NCBI GenBank assembly: GCA_016870575.1
Contig: VGBH01000003.1
Span: forward strand, 1 to 59,166
Source of the DNA: Actinomycetota bacterium
Lineage (GTDB): Bacteria > Actinomycetota > Actinomycetes > S36-B12 > UBA5976
Direction of reading: 5' to 3'
DNA length: 59,166 nucleotides
A model generated the notes under the pieces. That model was not told the origin of the DNA. It saw only the letters and a program-made list of their open reading frames with translations, and did not search any database. Shown in pieces: positions 52,612 through 59,166 of the stretch. How positions within the stretch are numbered: position 1 is the stretch's first letter; each line of letters starts with the position of its first letter. Both the position numbers and the translations under genes were made by a program.

Positions 52612-53245
52612 CCACTCCGCCTGCAGAATCTTTATAGAGTGATGCCGCAGGTTCGGTATAAGAGACTGATACCAACTGGTCATCATAAAATTTAAGTGTA
52701 GTGACAGATGCTAAATTGCACTCACGATGTGCTGGGTTATGAACAAATCTGTGATTTTGATAACCCAGTCTTGCAATCCAGATTGGTAACTGATGGCTAA
52801 CCAGCACTGCTTGGTGGCCTAGCGCACTTTCTCTAGCTTTATTTACTGCCACTTGCATGCGAGCATAAATCTCTGCGTAAGGCTCACCCCATGACGGACG
52901 AAATGGGTTCCAAAGGTGTCGCCAAGAAGTGGGTTTACGCAATACCCCATCACCAACTGAAACTCTCTGCCCTTCAAAAACATTGGTGGCTTCAAGTAAG
53001 TTTTCATCTTGGTTAACAGTTAAATTCTTCAACCTTGCAATTGGCTCTGCTGTTTGTAGAGCTCGCTCTAGTGGCGAAGACGCAAGATACGTTAAATCTG
53101 AATCTAAAAAATGTTCCGCGACCATCTGCGCCATTGCAATTCCTCGTTCTGATAGTTGATAACCAGGAATGCAACCGTAAAGAATTTTTTCTGGATTAAA
53201 TACCTCGCCATGGCGAAGCAAATGCACAAGCGTGGTGTTGCTCAT
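52604..53245 (-). CDS. Histidine phosphatase (phosphoglycerate mutase family)
   Basis: LLRHGEV, SSPLERALQTA and VSHQLPI. Confidence 0.92.
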   Translation of the reverse strand: MSNTTLVHLLRHGEVFNPEKILYGCIPGYQLSERGIAMAQMVAEHFLDSDLTYLASSPLERALQTAEPIARLKNLTVNQDENLLEATNVFEGQRVSVGDGVLRKPTSWRHLWNPFRPSWGEPYAEIYARMQVAVNKARESALGHQAVLVSHQLPIWIARLGYQNHRFVHNPAHRECNLASVTTLKFYDDQLVSVSYTEPAASLYKDSAGGVGA

Positions 53246-54799
53246 TTAGCTTCGCTTGCGAGTTAATCGCTTAACTGATGGGCGCCAAACAACTTCACCA
53301 TTTTCAACTGCTGCTAGGCGTAACTTCTCGCCGTGAGCAATTAAGGCTTCAATTGTTGCTGAAAGAGTTGGTTCTTCCGGCAAAACATCTACTGTTAATC
53401 CCATCTCTTGCGCAGCTGCAGCGGTTTGTTCACCTATGCAAGCAATTACCGTAGTTGGATGTGGTTTTCCAGCAATTCCTACCAAAATGCGAACCGTGCT
53501 AGCAGAACTAAATAGCACTGCATCATAACCACCACTTTTTATTGCATCACGAATTGCTGGTGCAGGAGGAGCTGCTCGCACAGTTCTAAATGCAGTGATT
53601 TCTTCAACTTCCCATCCTAATGAAGTTAATGTAGTTGCAAGAGATTCCACAGCTACATCAGCTCTTGGGATTAAAACTCGATTCATTGGATCATGGAATT
53701 GATCAAATACAGGCCAAAGATTTGCAAGCCCTGCATTAGTATCATCTGGCGAAATCAAATCTGGATTAATGCCGATTTCTTTGAGTATTCCCACGGTATC
53801 GGCCCCAACTGCACCAATACGGATACCAGAGAATGCACGAGCATCTAATCCATATTCGTCTAATCGAACTTTAATTGCCCGAACAGCATGCGGACTTGTG
53901 AAAACTAACCATTGATATCTACCGGAAACAATTCCATGGACGGCTTTTTCCATTTGCTGAGGAGCTCTAGGTGGCTCAACACTCAAAGTTGGCACCTGCG
54001 TGCAGGTTGCACCCGCTTTTGCCAACAACGCAGTAACATCTAATGAAAATTCTTTTGTTTTAGGCAGTAGAACTTTCCAGCCAAACAATGATTTTGTTTC
54101 AAACCAAGAGTTTCGCTCAACATGCCCCGCAGATTCTGAGATAACTGCATGTGCTGGACCCTGTAATTTGTAAGCCTTGATTTGATCAACCGCATCACCT
54201 AATGACATTCGGTAACTGCGTTGATCTAGCGTCATCGCATTTTGCACCAACACCATCGGAGTTGACGCAGATCTACCGGCAGCAACTAAATCATTAGCAA
54301 ATCTGCCAATCTCATTTGTTGTGCCCCGTAAAATCAATGCTGTCTTATTACCTAGATAATTACCTAAATCGTATGAATCCTTCGCATCCAGAAGATGGAT
54401 AGCATCAGTTTTTGATGGTTCAAACATTGCTCCTGCATAAAAGCCGACAGCAAAATCAACTGGAATGGTTGGATAAATTTCAAAATCAATGTTAGATCTA
54501 TTTACTATAGAAAGTTCCTCAGACAACGAACCACGTAATATTCCATCACCAAGAAATATTCTGGCAACATCATGTCCCTCTTTAACGGCAGCAACTGCTG
54601 CGCGCGCCAGCTCGGATGCCTGCTCGCCAACTACCTCAGATACATTCGCTATTGGTGAAATAACTTCAATCAATGATGGATCAACAATGACTGTATTAGC
54701 ATCTTTAATTGCTTCTAGTGCACCAATGGTCAGCACCTTAAGGTCACAGTCGGGCAGGGCGATAAACGAAATCCGCCCAGCGGATTTTGCAGCGGTCAT
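53246..54799 (-). CDS. hemD: Tetrapyrrole methyltransferase-like / uroporphyrinogen-III synthase fusion with atypical active-site motifs
   Basis: C-terminal HemD fold (VEPPRAPQQM, WLVFTS, LIPRAD, IAGKPH, CIGEQT); the N-terminal SUMT-like domain lacks GxGPGD. Confidence 0.8.
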   Translation of the reverse strand: MTAAKSAGRISFIALPDCDLKVLTIGALEAIKDANTVIVDPSLIEVISPIANVSEVVGEQASELARAAVAAVKEGHDVARIFLGDGILRGSLSEELSIVNRSNIDFEIYPTIPVDFAVGFYAGAMFEPSKTDAIHLLDAKDSYDLGNYLGNKTALILRGTTNEIGRFANDLVAAGRSASTPMVLVQNAMTLDQRSYRMSLGDAVDQIKAYKLQGPAHAVISESAGHVERNSWFETKSLFGWKVLLPKTKEFSLDVTALLAKAGATCTQVPTLSVEPPRAPQQMEKAVHGIVSGRYQWLVFTSPHAVRAIKVRLDEYGLDARAFSGIRIGAVGADTVGILKEIGINPDLISPDDTNAGLANLWPVFDQFHDPMNRVLIPRADVAVESLATTLTSLGWEVEEITAFRTVRAAPPAPAIRDAIKSGGYDAVLFSSASTVRILVGIAGKPHPTTVIACIGEQTAAAAQEMGLTVDVLPEEPTLSATIEALIAHGEKLRLAAVENGEVVWRPSVKRLTRKRS

Positions 54800-55479
54800 A
54801 TTGCAATTACCTCATTTGCTTTGGTTTGTTCATGAAATGTCAAAATCTGTAATTCGCTTGCTAAATCAATCTGTCTAACATCTACTCCACTTGGCACATT
54901 CAGTGAAACTGGAGCAAATGTCATTATTGAATAGATTCCCGCATTAACTAAAATGTCGCACACGTTTTGTGCTGAAGTTGCAGGTGTTGTGATAACGGCA
55001 ATCTGAATATTATTTTCTCGAATGAAAGTTGCAAGAAAAGAAACATCTTTAATGTAAACAACCTGTCCTTCAGAAATTTCAACTGGCTTACCAATTATTT
55101 CTGATGCCGCATCAAAAAGAGCTGCAATCTTAAAGCCACGATTTGCAAAGCCAGCATACTTTGCGAGTGACATACCTAAATTCCCACAACCAACAATTAC
55201 AATTGGCCATTGCTTATCGACTCCCAAAGTTGCTGCAATCGCCTGAATCAATACTGATACGTCATAACCTACACCGCGAGTGCCATGACCGCCTAAGTAA
55301 GACAAGTCTTTTCTTAGTTGTGCACTAGTCACATTAACTGCATTGGCAAGATCTTCTGAAGAAATTAATTCAGCGCCTTGTGATTTAAATTCAGTCAATG
55401 CACGAAGGTATATTGGTAATCGCTCCACTGTTGCCGCTGGTAATCCAGCAGTCTTTCCGGGCGTGCGGCTTTGCGCCAA
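54796..55479 (-). CDS. rex: Redox-sensing transcriptional repressor Rex
   Basis: TVERLPIYLR, SAQLRKDLSYLG..GTRGVGYDV, GCGNLG and FAP; AGGAG SD. Confidence 0.97.
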   Translation of the reverse strand: MAQSRTPGKTAGLPAATVERLPIYLRALTEFKSQGAELISSEDLANAVNVTSAQLRKDLSYLGGHGTRGVGYDVSVLIQAIAATLGVDKQWPIVIVGCGNLGMSLAKYAGFANRGFKIAALFDAASEIIGKPVEISEGQVVYIKDVSFLATFIRENNIQIAVITTPATSAQNVCDILVNAGIYSIMTFAPVSLNVPSGVDVRQIDLASELQILTFHEQTKANEVIAI

Positions 55480-55546
55480 GGTGGCTCCTATTAAGTATTG
55501 GTTTCAGGGCTAAAGGTAAACACTAAGCCCAAAAAAACAAAATCTC

Positions 55547-55798
55547 TCAAGATTTAGCAGCATTTAATGCCGAAATTAGGGTTTGCGGCAATACTTGCCA
55601 CACCGCAACTTCTGTACCGTCCACCAACACTACTGGCACAAATTCGGCGTGCACTGCTGCTAATTCAGGATTCTCGGTAATCAAAATTTCTTCAAATTCT
55701 TCGCCCTGCTTAACGCATACATCAGCTACAACATCACGTGCGGAGTCACATAAGTGGCAATTAGGTTTAGTTATCAGCTGCACCCTAGGCACAGTCAT
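55547..55798 (-). CDS. Glutaredoxin-like protein (DUF836 type)
   Basis: KPNCHLCD and VPVVLVDG; canonical position upstream of rex. Confidence 0.88.
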   Translation of the reverse strand: MTVPRVQLITKPNCHLCDSARDVVADVCVKQGEEFEEILITENPELAAVHAEFVPVVLVDGTEVAVWQVLPQTLISALNAAKS

Positions 55799-55807
55799 TA
55801 CTAGTTT

Positions 55808-55900
55808 TTACTTACGACGTTGAACGCGGGTCTTACGTAGCAATTTGCGATGTTTCTTTTTCGCCATTCGCTTGCGACGCTTTTTAACTACTGATCCCAC
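55808..55900 (-). CDS. 30S ribosomal protein bS22 (AURKAIP1/COX24 domain), 30 aa; missed by the ORF track
   Basis: GTG GGA TCA GTA...: [30 protein letters not shown]; GAGGTG SD. Confidence 0.93.
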   Translation of the reverse strand: MGSVVKKRRKRMAKKKHRKLLRKTRVQRRK

Positions 55901-55962
55901 GCTTCACCTCTTGGGTCGAATTGATTGCCGAATGCTACTAAAGGTAAGTCCATTTGGAAAAA

Positions 55963-56748
55963 CTACCCCAACTCACTGGCTCGCTGTCGAGCAGCTTTAA
56001 CAGCTTTGGCTATCAACTCACTAAAGTTGCCTGAGTTCAATTCATTAAGCGCTGCCTGGGTTGTTCCACCGGGAGATGTGACACGTTCACGCAGCGACCT
56101 CGCACTTTCACCTGTTTGTGTTGCTAATTGTGCTGCACCAAGAACGGTTTGTATAACAGCGTCAGTTGCAGCCTGCTCAGAAATACCTTCCTTAATTGCA
56201 GCGGAAATCATTGCCTCAATTAGCAAATAAACATAAGCCGGGCCAGAACCATGAATTGCAGTAAAACTATTTTGTAGCTCTTCCTCAATCTGCAGAGTTT
56301 TACCAGCCGCTGACAATAGTTCTTGAGCTCGACTAAGGTGAATGTCGGCGGTTTCAGGCAATACCGAAATTGTGCTAAAGCCAAGTCCAATTAGTGCGGG
56401 CGTATTTGGCATACATCTAACAGGGACTGCATTTGATAGCAAACTCTTTAACTTATCTAATGATATTCCTGCTGCTACCGATAAAACGGTTTGAGAGTTG
56501 TCGAGTAAATCATTAATCTCAGTAAGCACCGTTGAAACATCTTGGGGCTTAACGGCCAAGAGAATTAATTCACATTTTGATAAATCTTCCTTGTTACCTG
56601 CCTTTACATTCAGATTAGTGACAGTTAGATTTAGTTTAGATTCGTCTTTATCAAAAACTAAAAACAGCAAGTGCGGATTTACTTTTTTTGCTGCTGCAAT
56701 TAGTGCGGTACCCATCGCACCTGCACCAAAAACTGCTACCTGCTTCAT
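55963..56748 (-). CDS. proC: Pyrroline-5-carboxylate reductase
   Basis: GAGAMG, LAVKPQD, RCMPNTP, GSGPAYV and VTSPGGTT. Confidence 0.97.
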   Translation of the reverse strand: MKQVAVFGAGAMGTALIAAAKKVNPHLLFLVFDKDESKLNLTVTNLNVKAGNKEDLSKCELILLAVKPQDVSTVLTEINDLLDNSQTVLSVAAGISLDKLKSLLSNAVPVRCMPNTPALIGLGFSTISVLPETADIHLSRAQELLSAAGKTLQIEEELQNSFTAIHGSGPAYVYLLIEAMISAAIKEGISEQAATDAVIQTVLGAAQLATQTGESARSLRERVTSPGGTTQAALNELNSGNFSELIAKAVKAARQRASELG

Positions 56749-56756
56749 CTAACCTC

Positions 56757-57686
56757 CTATCGATTTAGCGAATCGATATGCCGGAGCAGTATGCCCTCAC
56801 GCAACGCCCAAGGGCTGATTTCAATTTCTTCGATATTCAGTAAATCTACCGCGGCTGAGGCAACCATCGCACCTGCGGCTAACTGTGTGGCACGGGCCTT
56901 ACTAACTCCAGGCAAATTTGTTCGTTGTTGGACTGTCATCTCAGTTACTCGTCGAGCGATTTGATTTAGCTTCGCAGCGGGCAGTATTCGTTTGACATAT
57001 GGGCCTGCTGCACTCGGGGCTGCGCCAGCGATGCGAGCTAGTGACCTAAACGTCTTGCTCGTACCGACCACATGATCAGCACCACTTTCAGTCGTTATCT
57101 CATCTAATACATTTTCGATTTGTTGGTAAATGTATTCATTCGCATTATTGAGTTGTTTCATCGTTGGTGGATCACTAAAGCTAAAACTCTTTGTTAATCT
57201 ACCAGCGCCAAGCGGTAATGAAATTGCAAAATCAGGACGTTCACCTTTCCCAATGGCTAATTCAAGTGATCCACCACCTATATCTAAATTTAACAACGTC
57301 CCGCTCGACCATCCAAACCATCTTCTTGTAGCCAAAAAAGTTAACCGAGCCTCATCAGCTCCTGATAGCACTGATATCTGCTGCTTGGTTCGCTTGATAA
57401 CTTCATCCAACATAAGTTGTCCGTTTGTTGCTTCCCGAATTGCACTTGTTGCAAATGCCAATATGTCTTTGCAGCCATTTGATTTTGCTGCATCTACCAA
57501 CTCATCAATCAATGTTGTTAAATGCTCTGGCATATCAGAATCAAATGAGCCCTCCTCATTTAAGAGTCCGATTAGTCCTAACGGTTCTTTGATTGAAAAT
57601 GCTGGTATTGGCGCAGAGCCAGGAGTGATATCACAAACCAATAGGTGAACAGTGTTGCTTCCAATGTCTAACACACCCAGGCGCAT
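56757..57686 (-). CDS. ppx: Exopolyphosphatase, Ppx/GppA family
   Basis: LGVLDIGSNTVHL, ATSAIREA, LDIGGGSLE and ALREG. Confidence 0.92.
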   Translation of the reverse strand: MRLGVLDIGSNTVHLLVCDITPGSAPIPAFSIKEPLGLIGLLNEEGSFDSDMPEHLTTLIDELVDAAKSNGCKDILAFATSAIREATNGQLMLDEVIKRTKQQISVLSGADEARLTFLATRRWFGWSSGTLLNLDIGGGSLELAIGKGERPDFAISLPLGAGRLTKSFSFSDPPTMKQLNNANEYIYQQIENVLDEITTESGADHVVGTSKTFRSLARIAGAAPSAAGPYVKRILPAAKLNQIARRVTEMTVQQRTNLPGVSKARATQLAAGAMVASAAVDLLNIEEIEISPWALREGILLRHIDSLNR

Positions 57687-57720
57687 AAGCAGAAGGTACT
57701 CCCTGTCTAGGCTAATCCCC

Positions 57721-58500
57721 GTGAAAGAAACTTCGCTAACTGCACCGAGACATTGGGTTGAATTTCAAGACCCTGAAGAGCCTGAACAGATATATCGGAT
57801 TGATTTAACTTGGCTTACTTCTAAATGGAACTGTATCTACGGCCGTGGCTGTAAAGGTATAGAAAAAGGTCGACCAAATGATGGTTGCTGCACACATGGC
57901 GCACACTTCTCGGAAAAATCAGATTATCGCAATGCTAAAAAGTGGGTAGCCAAGTTAACTGATGAAGATTGGCAGCATCGTGACATCGGTTTAAAAAAAG
58001 GTTGGACAGAGGTTGAAGACGGTGCAGACAAAACTAGAGTCGTAAATGGTGCTTGCATATTTCTAAATCGCCCTGGATTTGCTGGCGGTGATGGATGTGC
58101 ATTTCATCGTCTTGGCGCACGAATCAATGAGCAACCTGCCGATTTAAAGCCTGAGGTTTGCTGGCAGTTGCCAATTCGTCGTGATTACGAGCGACGAAAG
58201 TTTGAAGATAAATCAGAACAGTTAGTTGTTTTAATTACTGAATATGATCGGCGAAGCTGGGGTGAGGGTGGAGTTGAACTTAACTGGTATTGCTCAAGTA
58301 ACCCAGAAGCACATACTGCCGCCGAGCCAGTTTATGTTACTGAACGCTACACATTGATTAAATTAATGAATGAGAAGGCATATCAAATTTTGGTCGAGCA
58401 CTGTAAAGCACATGAAGCTGCCATAAACCAGGTAACTGATAGCAAGGGTCGTAAGTTGATTCCGCTTCACCCAGCGACAGCTGTCTGGGAGCGCAAGTAG
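57721..58500 (+). CDS. Conserved Cys-rich actinobacterial protein (possible metal/Fe-S binding)
   Basis: WNCIYGRGC, DGCCTHGA, GACIFL, GCAFH, KPEVCWQLP and WYCS; GTG at 57721 chosen because the longer ORF overlaps ppx. Confidence 0.8.
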   Translation: MKETSLTAPRHWVEFQDPEEPEQIYRIDLTWLTSKWNCIYGRGCKGIEKGRPNDGCCTHGAHFSEKSDYRNAKKWVAKLTDEDWQHRDIGLKKGWTEVEDGADKTRVVNGACIFLNRPGFAGGDGCAFHRLGARINEQPADLKPEVCWQLPIRRDYERRKFEDKSEQLVVLITEYDRRSWGEGGVELNWYCSSNPEAHTAAEPVYVTERYTLIKLMNEKAYQILVEHCKAHEAAINQVTDSKGRKLIPLHPATAVWERK

Positions 58501-58509
58501 TGTGCCACT

Positions 58510-59166
58510 GTGGCAAAACAAAAATCTCTCTTTAAATGCTCTGAGTGTGGCTGGGAATCAGCTAAATGGGTAGGTCGGTGTGGTGAATGTCAAGCCTGGT
58601 CAACACTCATTGAAGCAGGGCGAACAATTGGTAGCACAAAGCCTGTCAACTTAAACACTTTTGCTGTTCCAATTACAGATACTCAAATCATGGAAGCAAC
58701 AAAAATTGCGACCAATATTTCCGAATTAGATCGAGTTTTAGGTGGCGGGATTGTTCCAGGCTCTGTTGTGCTCTTAGCTGGTGAGCCTGGAATTGGAAAA
58801 TCGACTTTACTTCTAGAAGTTGCCGCAGCTTGGGCTAAATCAATTGGTGATTCACTTTATATCTCTGCAGAAGAATCATCTGCTCAAGTAAAGTTGCGTG
58901 CTGAACGAATCAATGCAATCCATGATCGACTTTACTTAGCAGCCGAGACCGATTTATCGACAATATTGGGATTAATTGCACACCACAATCCTAAATTAGT
59001 AATTATTGACTCAATACAAACCATTTCTTCAAGTGAGCTTGAGGGCGCTGCCGGCGGTGTTGCGCAGGTACGTGAGTCTGCAGCAGCCCTAATTAGTGCA
59101 GCAAAACAATCCCAAACTGCAATTGTTTTAGTAGGACATGTCACAAAGGAAGGAACAATTGCTGGA
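58510..59166 (+). CDS. radA: DNA repair protein RadA/Sms (partial; runs off the window; missed by the ORF track)
   Basis: MAKQKSLFKCSECG...WVGRCGECQAW zinc finger, ELDRVLGGG, GEPGIGKST, EES, IDSIQT and GHVTKEG. Confidence 0.97.
   Translation, partial: MAKQKSLFKCSECGWESAKWVGRCGECQAWSTLIEAGRTIGSTKPVNLNTFAVPITDTQIMEATKIATNISELDRVLGGGIVPGSVVLLAGEPGIGKSTLLLEVAAAWAKSIGDSLYISAEESSAQVKLRAERINAIHDRLYLAAETDLSTILGLIAHHNPKLVIIDSIQTISSSELEGAAGGVAQVRESAAALISAAKQSQTAIVLVGHVTKEGTIAG

Noticed and set aside
1-59166. CRISPR arrays, IS elements, prophage, rRNA or defence systems
   Set aside because: No regularly spaced repeats, transposase, integrase, phage or rRNA signatures were seen anywhere in the window.

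Overview
This is a core-genome segment of a compact, AT-rich (roughly 40% GC by eye) actinobacterium. The gene order and tiny intergenic spaces suggest a streamlined aquatic lineage such as Nanopelagicales; that placement is inference. From left to right: the probable first codons of rpoB, rplL-rplJ, rplA-rplK-nusG-secE-tRNA-Trp, an aspartate aminotransferase, a ClpB lacking its N-terminal domain, murB, a lipoprotein, a GT2-like protein, two MaoC dehydratases, rpmG, tRNA-Met and tRNA-Thr. Next is a small tRNA-flanked accessory patch (broken K+ channel, secreted hydrolase, frameshifted deacetylase, 55-aa ORF), then tRNA-Tyr and rarD. A 9-kb sugar ABC and oxidative-catabolism cluster of unknown substrate follows; it has candidate LacI-type operators but no regulator gene. 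The rest is a polyprenyl synthase, the complete nuoA-N operon, classical menaquinone genes, system II cytochrome c maturation, rex, bS22, proC, ppx and the start of radA. The most interesting signals are: (1) the heme locus has collapsed to one SUMT-HemD fusion whose catalytic motifs look substituted in both domains, a possible pseudo-enzyme; (2) the uncharacterised sugar-catabolism island; (3) the natively N-domain-less ClpB; (4) gene decay confined to the tRNA-flanked patch; (5) pervasive leaderless promoter architecture. All family assignments come from motif recognition and recalled synteny; no database searches were run.
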